Below, in pieces: positions 56,003 through 64,000 of a stretch of DNA of 64,000 bases. Source of the DNA: an uncultured Steroidobacteraceae bacterium (lineage in GTDB: Bacteria > Pseudomonadota > Gammaproteobacteria > Steroidobacterales > Steroidobacteraceae); the NCBI GenBank assembly GCA_964396335.1, contig CAYNEX010000001.1, positions 762 through 64,761 on the forward strand, read 5' to 3'. The position numbers and the translations under genes are program-made. The notes below the pieces were generated by a model. The model was given only the letters and a program-made list of their open reading frames with translations, made no database searches and was not told the DNA's origin. Numbering within the stretch: the stretch's first letter is position 1; each line of letters begins with the position of its first letter.

Positions 56003-57193
56003 ATGCTTTCGAATTCCGTCTCTCATCGCATCCCGACGATCCTGTTCCTGACGCTGCTCGCTGCCTGCTCCGGCCAGTCCAGCCAGGAAGCGTCCCCGCC
56101 GCCACCCATGGAAGTCCCCGTGGCCACCGTGCTCGAGCGCGAGATCAGCGAGTGGGATGAATACACCGGTCGCCTCGAGGCGGTCGAGACGGTCGAGATC
56201 CGCCCGCAGGTGTCCGGTTACCTGCAGCAGGTGAACTTCGAGGAAGGCCGTGACGTCCGCAAGGGCGACGTGCTGTTCGTGATCGATCCGCGGCCGTACC
56301 AGGCCGAGTTCGACCGCGCGCAGGCCGAAGTGGAGCGGGCCCGCACGGCCGCGACGCTGGCGCAGACCGACCTGCAGCGCGCCGAGCGCCTGGTGGCGAC
56401 GCGCGCCATCTCGCAGGAGGAATTCGACGCCCGCGTGGCGGCACGCACCAGCGCCGAGGCTGCCGTGAAGGCTGCCGAAGCGGCGGTGGCCGTCGCGCGC
56501 CTGAACCTTGCCTATACGCGCGTGACCTCGCCGATCGACGGTCGCGTCGGCCGCGCCGAAGTGACGGTGGGCAACCTTGTCACCGGCGGCCTGAATGGCC
56601 AGGCCACGCGCCTGACCACGGTGGTGTCGCTGTCGCCGATGTATGCGTATTTCGAAGCCTCGGAGAAGGACTACCTGAAGTACATGGACCTGGCGCGCAG
56701 CGGCCAGCGGCCGCTGTCCCGCGAGCACGCCAATCCGGTGCGCATGGCGGTGGGCAACGAGACCGAATTCCGCCACGAGGGATACATGGACTTCGTCGAC
56801 AACCGCGTCGACGCCGGCACCGGCACACTGATGGCCCGCGCCGTGTTCCCGAACCCGGATCGCTTCCTGGTGCCCGGCATGTTCGTGCGCGTGCGGCTGC
56901 TCGGCACCAGCAAGTACACCGGCGCGCTGATCAATGACCGCGCCATCCTCACCGACCAGGACCGACGCTTCGTGCTGGTGGTGGGCGAGGGCAATACGCT
57001 GGAGTATCGCGCCATCACCACCGGCCCGATGGTCGACGGCCTGCGGGCCGTGCGCAGCGGCCTGGAGGGCGGCGAACGCATCGTGATCAATGGCCTGCAG
57101 CGGGTGCGGCCGGGCATGGTCGTGACCCCGCGCATGGTGTCCATGGATGGAGAGCCGCTGGCCGGCCCGGCCGCGGCCCCTTCGGAAGAATGA
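56003..57193 (+). CDS. RND efflux periplasmic adaptor (MexE-like membrane fusion lipoprotein)
   Basis: The supplied ORF was trimmed to ATG 56003. Lipobox LLAAC|S. VEIRPQVSGYLQQVNFEEGRDVRKGDVLFVIDPRPYQA and a coiled-coil hairpin. Confidence 0.9.
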   Translation: MLSNSVSHRIPTILFLTLLAACSGQSSQEASPPPPMEVPVATVLEREISEWDEYTGRLEAVETVEIRPQVSGYLQQVNFEEGRDVRKGDVLFVIDPRPYQAEFDRAQAEVERARTAATLAQTDLQRAERLVATRAISQEEFDARVAARTSAEAAVKAAEAAVAVARLNLAYTRVTSPIDGRVGRAEVTVGNLVTGGLNGQATRLTTVVSLSPMYAYFEASEKDYLKYMDLARSGQRPLSREHANPVRMAVGNETEFRHEGYMDFVDNRVDAGTGTLMARAVFPNPDRFLVPGMFVRVRLLGTSKYTGALINDRAILTDQDRRFVLVVGEGNTLEYRAITTGPMVDGLRAVRSGLEGGERIVINGLQRVRPGMVVTPRMVSMDGEPLAGPAAAPSEE

Positions 57194-57203
57194 ACGGCCG
57201 CAC

Positions 57204-60200
57204 ATGAAGTTCTCGCACTTCTTCATCGACCGCCCGATCTTCGCGGGCGTCCTCTCCATCATCATCTTCCTGGCGGGCCTGCTGTCGCTGCAGGTGCTGC
57301 CGGTCAGCGAGTACCCGGAAGTCGCGCCCCCCTCGGTGGTGGTGAACACCTCCTATCCGGGCGCCAGCCCGGCCGTGATCGCCGAAACCGTGGCCGCACC
57401 GCTGGAGCAGGCCATCAATGGCGTCGAGAACATGCTCTACATGTCCTCGCAGGCCTCCTCCTCCGGCGCGCTGATGCTGACGGTGACCTTCGACGTGGGC
57501 ACCGACATCAACCTGGCGCAGGTGCAGGTGCAGAACCGCGTCGCGCAGGCGCTGTCGCGACTGCCCGAGGAAGTGCGGCAGATCGGCGTTACCACGGTGA
57601 AGAGCAACCCGAACATCACCATGTTCGTGCAGCTGGTGTCGCCGAACGGCCGGTATGACCTGAAGTACCTGCGCAACTATGCCGAGCTGCAGGTGCGCGA
57701 CTCGCTGGCGCGCATCCCCGGCATGGGCCAGGTGGAGGTGTTCGGTGGTGGTCCGTACGCGATGCGCATCTGGCTGGATCCGCAGCGCGTGGCCGCGCGC
57801 GGCATGACCGCCGGCGACGTGGTGGCCGCCATCCGCGAACAGAACGTGCAGGTGCCGGCCGGCATCGTCGGCGCGCAGCCGATGACACCGGGCGTCAACC
57901 AGCAGCTGATGATCAATGCCTACGGACGGCTGGCCTCCGAGGAGGAGTTCGGCAACATCATCATCAAGACCGGTGATGATGGCGAGCTGACCCGCCTGCG
58001 CGATGTGGCGCGGGTGGAGCTGGGCACCTCCGAGTACGGCATCCTGGGATACCTCGACGGCATGCCGGCGGTGGCCATCGCCATCTTCCAGGCGCCGGGT
58101 TCGAACGCCCTGCAGCTGGCCGACAACGTGCGCGCCACCATGGAAGACCTGGCCCGCAATTTCCCCGAGGGGCTGGAGTACCGCGTGGTCTACGACCCCA
58201 CGCAGTTCGTGCGGCACTCCATCGATGCGGTGGTCGAGACCCTGCTGGAGGCCATCCTGCTGGTGGTGCTGGTGGTGGTGCTGTTCCTGCAGACCTGGCG
58301 GGCCTCGATCATCCCGCTGCTGGCCGTGCCGGTGTCCATCGTCGGCACCTTCGCGGTGCTGCACCTGCTGGGCTTCTCGATCAACACCCTGTCTCTGTTC
58401 GGCCTGGTGCTGGCCATCGGCATCGTGGTGGACGACGCCATCGTGGTGGTGGAGAACGTCGAGCGCAACATCGCCGACGGGCTCTCGCCGCGCGCCGCCA
58501 CCTTCAAGGCCATGGACGAGGTCAGCGGTCCGATCATTGCCATCGCACTGGTGCTGACCTCGGTGTTCATCCCGATCGCCTTCATCGGCGGCCTCACCGG
58601 CAGCTTCTACCGGCAGTTCGCCATCACCATCGCCATCTCGACGCTGATCTCGGCATTCAACTCGCTGACGCTGTCCCCGGCGCTGGCGGCGGTGCTGCTG
58701 AAGCCGCATGACGCGCCGAAGGATGTGGTCACGCGATTCCTCGACCGCACGCTGGGCGGCGTGTTCCGGCCCTTCAACCGCTTCTTCACCCGCGCCTCGC
58801 AGCGCTACAGTCGCGGCGTGGCGCAGGTGCTGCGCAAGAGCGCGGTGGCGATGCTGGTGTATGGCGGCCTGCTGCTGCTGGGCGCGTTCGCGCTGATGCG
58901 CGTGCCGCAGGGCTTCGTGCCGGTGCAGGACAAGGATTACATCATCGCCTTTGCGCAGCTGCCCGACGCCGCCTCGCTGGAGCGCACCGAGGAGGTGATC
59001 TCCCGCATGAAGGACCTCATCTTCGAGGAAGAGGGCGTCGAGTCGGTGATCGCCTTCTCCGGCCTGTCGGTGACCGCCGGCTTCGGCGTGGCCTCGAACA
59101 GCGGCGTGGTGTTCGCGACGCTCGAGCCGAAGGCGAAGCGCAGCGGCGGCCGCACGGCCAATGAGATCCTGGAATCCGTGCAGGGCCGCCTGTTCGCCAT
59201 CGAGGATGCGTTCGTCGGCGTGGCGCCTCCGCCTCCGGTTGAGGGCATGGGCACGCTGGGCGGCTTCAAGATGCAGATCGAGGACCGCGGTTCGCTCGGA
59301 TACCAGGAACTGGACCGCGTGCTGCAGGATTTCCTCGCGGCCGCCAACCAGACGCCCGGCGTCACCGGCGTGTTCTCCAACTACCTGGTGAACGTGCCGC
59401 AGGTTTATGCGGACATCGACCGCGAGAAGGCCAAGCGCGACAACGTGCCGCTGGCCAATGTGTTCGAGGCGCTGCAGGTGTACCTGGGTTCACTGTATGT
59501 CAACGACCTGAACCTGTTCGGCCGCAGCTACCAGGTGGTGGCGCAGGCCGACGCGCCCTTCCGCGCGCACAAGGAGCAGATCCTCGACCTGAAGACCCGC
59601 AACCTGAAGGGCGACATGGTGCCGCTGTCGTCGGTGGTCACGGTGAAGGACAGCTACGGTCCGGACAGCGTGATCCACTACAACGGCTTCCTGGCCGCGG
59701 ACGTGAACGGCCAGGCGGCGCCCGGCGTCAGTTCCACCACCGCGCTGGATGCCATGGAGAAGCTGGCGCGCGAGATCCTGCCGGCCGGCGTGGCGTTCGA
59801 GTGGACCGACCTCTCCTACCAGGAGGTGATGTCGCGCGGCAGTGCCACGCTGGTGTTCCCGCTGTGCGTGCTGCTGGCCTTCCTGGTGCTGGCCGCGCAG
59901 TACGAGAGCTGGACGCTGCCGCTGGCGGTGATCCTGATCGTGCCGATGTGCATTGTCTCGGCACTCACCGGCGTCTGGCTGATGGGCGGAGACAACAACA
60001 TCTTCACCAAGATCGGTTTCCTGGTGCTGGTGGGGCTGGCGTGCAAGAACGCCATCCTGATCGTCGAATTCGCCGTGCACCTGGAGGAGCAGGGCCGCAA
60101 GGTGATGGATGCGGCCATCGAGGCCTGCCGCCTGCGCCTGCGTCCCATCATCATGACCTCGCTCGCGTTCATCATGGGCGTGGTGCCGCTGATGCTGTCC

Positions 60201-60359
60201 ACCGGTGCCGGTTCGGAAATGCGGCGCGCGATGGGCGTGGCGGTGTTCTCCGGCATGCTGGGAGTGACCTTCTTCGGCCTGTTCCTGACGCCGGTGTTCT
60301 ATGTGCTGATCCGCGGCTTCCTGAAGAGCCGCCGAGAGGATGTGGATGTTGCGGTCTGA
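57204..60359 (+). CDS. RND multidrug efflux permease (MexF/AcrB family)
   Basis: The supplied ORF was trimmed to ATG 57204. MKFSHFFIDRPIFAGVLSIIIFLAG...YPEVAPPSVVV...VENMLYMSSQ closely parallels the MexF N-terminus. 1051 aa, 12-TM architecture. Confidence 0.95.
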   Translation: MKFSHFFIDRPIFAGVLSIIIFLAGLLSLQVLPVSEYPEVAPPSVVVNTSYPGASPAVIAETVAAPLEQAINGVENMLYMSSQASSSGALMLTVTFDVGTDINLAQVQVQNRVAQALSRLPEEVRQIGVTTVKSNPNITMFVQLVSPNGRYDLKYLRNYAELQVRDSLARIPGMGQVEVFGGGPYAMRIWLDPQRVAARGMTAGDVVAAIREQNVQVPAGIVGAQPMTPGVNQQLMINAYGRLASEEEFGNIIIKTGDDGELTRLRDVARVELGTSEYGILGYLDGMPAVAIAIFQAPGSNALQLADNVRATMEDLARNFPEGLEYRVVYDPTQFVRHSIDAVVETLLEAILLVVLVVVLFLQTWRASIIPLLAVPVSIVGTFAVLHLLGFSINTLSLFGLVLAIGIVVDDAIVVVENVERNIADGLSPRAATFKAMDEVSGPIIAIALVLTSVFIPIAFIGGLTGSFYRQFAITIAISTLISAFNSLTLSPALAAVLLKPHDAPKDVVTRFLDRTLGGVFRPFNRFFTRASQRYSRGVAQVLRKSAVAMLVYGGLLLLGAFALMRVPQGFVPVQDKDYIIAFAQLPDAASLERTEEVISRMKDLIFEEEGVESVIAFSGLSVTAGFGVASNSGVVFATLEPKAKRSGGRTANEILESVQGRLFAIEDAFVGVAPPPPVEGMGTLGGFKMQIEDRGSLGYQELDRVLQDFLAAANQTPGVTGVFSNYLVNVPQVYADIDREKAKRDNVPLANVFEALQVYLGSLYVNDLNLFGRSYQVVAQADAPFRAHKEQILDLKTRNLKGDMVPLSSVVTVKDSYGPDSVIHYNGFLAADVNGQAAPGVSSTTALDAMEKLAREILPAGVAFEWTDLSYQEVMSRGSATLVFPLCVLLAFLVLAAQYESWTLPLAVILIVPMCIVSALTGVWLMGGDNNIFTKIGFLVLVGLACKNAILIVEFAVHLEEQGRKVMDAAIEACRLRLRPIIMTSLAFIMGVVPLMLSTGAGSEMRRAMGVAVFSGMLGVTFFGLFLTPVFYVLIRGFLKSRREDVDVAV

Positions 60360-61785
60360 TCATCTGTTCCGCGCCGCCTGGGGATTGGCCGGCGTCCTGG
60401 CGCTGGCCGGTTGCGCAGTCGGCCCGAATTATCGCGAGCCCGAAATCGATGTCGCCGATGAGTTCGCCGCGGCTTCGCTGCTGGCCGGCGAGCAGGGAGC
60501 CATCGAACTGCAGTGGTGGCGCCAGTTCAACGATCCGCTGCTCGACGAACTGGTCGAGGAAGCGGTGCGCAACAACCGCGACCTGGCCGCAGCCACGGCG
60601 CGCCTGCGCGCAGCACGTGCGCAGCGCCGCGAGCGCCTGTTCGACTTCCTGCCCAGCATCACCGGCAGCGCCAGCTATGACAGCGTGCGGCAGAGCCGCT
60701 CCGGCACACCGGGGCTGCCCCCTGGCACCGCGGTGGACCGCGATTACGAGCTGTACGACGCGGGCTTCGATGCGGCCTGGGAGATCGACCTGTTCGGGCG
60801 TGTGCGACGTGCCAATGAATCGGCCCGGGCGCTGGCGCAGGCCTCGGCCGCGGCGCGCAACCAGGTGGTGCTGTCGGTGATCGCCGAGGTGGCGCGCAAT
60901 TATTTCGAGCTGCGCGGTGCGCAGAGCCAGCTGGCCGTGGCGCGCAACAATGCCGAGAACCAGCAGCGCGCGCTGGAGCTGGTGAACCAGCTGTTCGACG
61001 CCGGTCGAGGCACCGCGCTGGATACCGCGCGTGCCACCGCCCAGGTGGAAACCACGCTGGCCACCGTGCCGCCGCTGGAAGCCGCGGTGGATCGCGCGAT
61101 GCGACGCATCGCCGTGCTCACCGGGCAGCAGCCGGGTGCGCTGGCGACACGCCTGACGCAGGTGCAGGACCTGCCGGCATTGCCGGAGACGATTGCGCTG
61201 GGCAATCCGGAAGACCTGCTGCGGCGCCGGCCGGACATCCGCGCCGCCGAGCGCCAGCTTGCGGCGGCCACCGCGGCCATCGGCGTGCAGGTGGCCGACC
61301 TGTTTCCGCGCATCACCATCAATGCCGGCATCGGCCTGACTGCACCGAGCTTCTCCGCACTGGATGATTCCGGCAACGACCGGCGCAGCTTCGGTCCGGC
61401 GTTGAGCTGGGGGCTGTTCGACTTCGGCCATGTGTACCAGCGCATCCGCGCCGCCGATGCGCGCAGTGCCGAGGCCCTGGCCAACTATGAGCAGGCCGTG
61501 CTGATGGCGCTGGAGGAAACCGAGAACGCCCTGTCGGATTTCGCGCGTGAGCGCCGTCGCACCGAGCACCTGACACGCGCCGCGGAAGCGAGCCGCACCG
61601 CGGCTGACCTCGCCACGCAGCGTTTCGAGGGTGGCGTGTCGGATTTCCTCACCGCGCTGGATGCCTATCGCACCTCCCTGGAAGCCGAGGACCAGCTGGC
61701 CGTGAGCCGCACCCGCGCCGCCACCTCATTGGTGACCATCTACAAGGCGCTGGGCGGCGGCTGGGAAATCGCGCCGGCGCCGTAG
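60340..61785 (+). CDS. Outer-membrane efflux lipoprotein, NodT/OprN family
   Basis: 481 aa. Lipobox LALAGC|AVGPNYREPE. Two OEP repeats. The start (ATG 60340 or 60346) overlaps the end of the RND gene. Confidence 0.9.
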   Translation: MWMLRSDHLFRAAWGLAGVLALAGCAVGPNYREPEIDVADEFAAASLLAGEQGAIELQWWRQFNDPLLDELVEEAVRNNRDLAAATARLRAARAQRRERLFDFLPSITGSASYDSVRQSRSGTPGLPPGTAVDRDYELYDAGFDAAWEIDLFGRVRRANESARALAQASAAARNQVVLSVIAEVARNYFELRGAQSQLAVARNNAENQQRALELVNQLFDAGRGTALDTARATAQVETTLATVPPLEAAVDRAMRRIAVLTGQQPGALATRLTQVQDLPALPETIALGNPEDLLRRRPDIRAAERQLAAATAAIGVQVADLFPRITINAGIGLTAPSFSALDDSGNDRRSFGPALSWGLFDFGHVYQRIRAADARSAEALANYEQAVLMALEETENALSDFARERRRTEHLTRAAEASRTAADLATQRFEGGVSDFLTALDAYRTSLEAEDQLAVSRTRAATSLVTIYKALGGGWEIAPAP

Positions 61786-61890
61786 GTGCTGTAGGAACGC
61801 TCCGACGCAGCATTGCAGCCATTGCATGCAGCGGCGCATGCTGTGAGCCGGTCGATCAGCGCGGGTCCCATGTTCCGCGAGGAGCCTTCC

Positions 61891-62265
61891 ATGCAATTCC
61901 TCCGCAAAGTCCTGGTTTTCGCAGCGGCTGCTTCGATGCCGGCGCTGCCGGTGGCGGCCCATCACGGCTGGGCCGGCCAGGGAAACGACCTCACCGAGCT
62001 GCAGGGAACGGTCCACCAGGCGGTGAATCTGGTGAATCCGCACGCCGGCTTCCAGGTGATGGCCGATGGAAAGGTGTGGGACATCACGCTCGCGCCGCCG
62101 TCGCGCACCCAGGGCGCAGGCCTGGAGGCTTCGACGTTGAAGGTGGGCGACCAGGTCACGGTCACGGGCAATCGCAACAAGGATGCGGACCGTCACGAGA
62201 TCAAGGCCGTGCGTGTCAGCGCCGGCGGGCGTCACTACGACCTCTATCCCGAACGCCTGCGATGA
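61891..62265 (+). CDS. DUF6152-like small secreted protein
   Basis: The supplied ORF was trimmed to ATG 61891 (GAGGAG RBS). Signal peptide ending PVAAHH. L.GTV..V.LVNPH and LKVGDQVTVTGNRNKD match my recollection of DUF6152. Confidence 0.65.
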   Translation: MQFLRKVLVFAAAASMPALPVAAHHGWAGQGNDLTELQGTVHQAVNLVNPHAGFQVMADGKVWDITLAPPSRTQGAGLEASTLKVGDQVTVTGNRNKDADRHEIKAVRVSAGGRHYDLYPERLR

Positions 62266-63209
62266 GATCACTCCGGCCTGCCGCGCGCGGACCAGGTGAT
62301 TCCGGATCGGGCAGCGCAGGCGGGGAGGATGGATTCGCCGACATCGCCGGGGCGCTGGCGCATGCGCTGGAGACCTGGGTTGCGCCGCGGCCGGCGGCCA
62401 CGGTACGCGGCGGCTGCATCAATGACGCTTTTCGCTGGGAAAGTGGCGCCGGCACGCTGTTCGTGAAGCTGGCCCATGTCGATTCGCTGGAGATGTTCGA
62501 AGCGGAGGCCGCCGGGCTGATTGCACTGGATGCCGCCGACGCGGTGCGCGTGCCGCAGGTGCTGGCGCACGGAGCGGCCGGTGAGCAGAGCTACCTGGCG
62601 CTCGAATTCATGGCACTGCGGCCGCTGGACGCGCCAGCCGAGCGCCTGCTCGGCCAGCAGCTGGCCGCACAGCATCGCCGGGTCCACACGCGCTTCGGAT
62701 GGCAACGTGACAACACCATCGGACGCACGCCGCAGCCCAATGCCTGGGCCGATGACTGGTGCAGCTTCTTCATCCGCCATCGGCTCGCCTTCCAGCTGGG
62801 GCTGGCGCAGCGCAACGGCCATGGTGGACGGCTGCAGCAGCGGGGCGATGAACTGCTCGCCCGGGTGCCGGATCTGCTGGCTGGTCACGCACCGCCGCCT
62901 TCGTTGTTGCATGGTGACCTGTGGGCCGGCAATGCCGCTGCCGATGCCGGCGGCAATCCGGTGATCTTCGACCCGGCGGTGTACTACGGCGATCGCGAGT
63001 CAGACCTGGCGATGATGCGGCTGTTCGGCGGCTTCGGTCCCGCCTTCTTCGAGGCCTATGAATCGGCCTGGCCGTTGCCACCCGGGGCGCACCGACGGGT
63101 GGACCTTTACAACCTCTATCATGTGCTCAACCACCTGAACCTGTTCGGCGCCGGTTACCTGGGCCAGGCCATGAGCCTGATCGATTCGCTGCTGGCATCC
63201 GACCGCTGA
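62262..63209 (+). CDS. Fructosamine/ketosamine-3-kinase family protein
   Basis: The supplied ORF was trimmed to ATG 62262 (ATGA overlap with the upstream stop). LFVKL, LLHGDLWAGNAA and FDPAVYYGDRESDLAM are family motifs. Confidence 0.85.
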   Translation: MRSLRPAARGPGDSGSGSAGGEDGFADIAGALAHALETWVAPRPAATVRGGCINDAFRWESGAGTLFVKLAHVDSLEMFEAEAAGLIALDAADAVRVPQVLAHGAAGEQSYLALEFMALRPLDAPAERLLGQQLAAQHRRVHTRFGWQRDNTIGRTPQPNAWADDWCSFFIRHRLAFQLGLAQRNGHGGRLQQRGDELLARVPDLLAGHAPPPSLLHGDLWAGNAAADAGGNPVIFDPAVYYGDRESDLAMMRLFGGFGPAFFEAYESAWPLPPGAHRRVDLYNLYHVLNHLNLFGAGYLGQAMSLIDSLLASDR

Positions 63210-63270
63210 GGTTTGCCCGCCGGCGCGGCTTGTTCCAGACTCGTCGCAACCAGGACAGCGACAGGGGGGA

Positions 63271-64000
63271 ATGATGGATCGTTCTCGGCATGCAGGCGTG
63301 GACGCCGGCCGCATTGTCCGCGCCAGCTGGACCGCGTCCCGACCGCTGCGCCTCATTGCCAATGCCTGCCTGGCGATGGCAGCGCTGCTGCTGGCCACCG
63401 GCGCGGAGCAGCGGCCGGCGTGGCGCGACACCTCGCTGTCGTTCGAAGTGCGCGCGGCCGACCTGGTCCGACGAATGACGCTGGAAGAGAAGATCGGCCA
63501 GATGCAGAACGCCGCGCCCGCCATCGAGCGGCTGGGCATTCCCGCCTATGAGTGGTGGAACGAGGCGCTGCATGGCGTGGCTCGGGCCGGCGAGGCCACG
63601 GTGTTTCCGCAGGCGATCGGCCTGGCCGCCACCTTCGACGAGCAGCTGATGCAGCAGGTCGCCACCGTGATCAGCGACGAGGCGCGCGCGAAACACCACG
63701 AGTTCCAGCGCCAGGGCATGCATGGCCGTTACCAGGGGCTGACCTTCTGGTCGCCGAACATCAACATCTTCCGGGATCCGCGCTGGGGACGCGGACAGGA
63801 AACCTATGGCGAGGATCCGTACCTCACCGCGCGCATGGGCGTGGCCTTCGTGCGTGGCCTGCAGGGTGACCACTCGCGCTATGCCAAGCTTGATGCCACC
63901 GCCAAGCACTTTGCCGTGCACAGCGGGCCGGAAGCCTCGCGGCATGAATTCGACGCGCGGCCCACCGGGCGCGACCTGCATGACACCTACCTGCCGGCCT
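63271..64000 (+). CDS. Glycoside hydrolase family 3 (beta-glucosidase/xylosidase-like), 3'-truncated by the window edge
   Basis: Not in the supplied track because it is open-ended. ATG 63271 is preceded by GGGGGGA. The translation contains MTLEEKIGQM, YEWWNEALHGVA and GLTFWSPNINIFRDPRWGRGQETYGEDP. The frame is still open at 64000. Confidence 0.85.
   Translation, partial: MMDRSRHAGVDAGRIVRASWTASRPLRLIANACLAMAALLLATGAEQRPAWRDTSLSFEVRAADLVRRMTLEEKIGQMQNAAPAIERLGIPAYEWWNEALHGVARAGEATVFPQAIGLAATFDEQLMQQVATVISDEARAKHHEFQRQGMHGRYQGLTFWSPNINIFRDPRWGRGQETYGEDPYLTARMGVAFVRGLQGDHSRYAKLDATAKHFAVHSGPEASRHEFDARPTGRDLHDTYLPA

Overview
This is a very GC-rich 64 kb chromosomal segment with nearly all third codon positions G/C. 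It looks like a gammaproteobacterium of the Xanthomonadales/Rhodanobacter type; that placement is inferred from gene content only. I support about 60 protein-coding genes, using motif-level reading of the supplied translations, internal start and RBS checks, signal peptides and third-position bias. I found no rRNA, tRNA, CRISPR array, transposase or integrase. Recognisable housekeeping genes: ppsA (5' partial) and ppsR, the ABC-F ATPase ybiT, tex, a cyoABCD-SURF1 quinol oxidase operon, gloA, an RsuA/RluF-type pseudouridine synthase, a UDG-family protein, deaD, gntK, rdgC, a Nudix hydrolase, ku, a MexEF-OprN-like RND efflux operon, a fructosamine-kinase-family gene and a GH3 glycosidase (3' partial). 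Envelope and periplasmic genes: a 1021-aa TonB-dependent receptor, an MFS transporter, a Tat-exported gamma-glutamyltransferase, a secreted ankyrin-repeat protein, a c-type cytochrome, a lipoprotein zinc metalloprotease and several lipoproteins. The most unusual signal is a strong local expansion of secreted NTF2-like (SnoaL_4-type) modules, 8 genes and about 10 domains. Three of these paralogues are translationally coupled, preceded by a fourth NTF2-like lipoprotein, and sit directly upstream of a quinohemoprotein PQQ dehydrogenase (31159-36106). A 720-aa protein elsewhere (13342-15504) fuses three copies of the same module. The PQQ enzyme also carries a D-Y-D motif at the catalytic Asp, which is the signature associated with lanthanide dependence. 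Other points worth a second look: a tandemly duplicated MoaF-like protein coupled to a Tat-signal NTF2 protein; a pair of membrane-anchored helical paralogues with L[ST]xxQ motifs; ku coupled to an HTH/TPR protein with no LigD nearby; an orphan LuxR HTH fragment at a frame-switch junction; and a Pro/Thr/Ala low-complexity linker. All family assignments come from reading the translations by eye and need HMM or BLAST confirmation.
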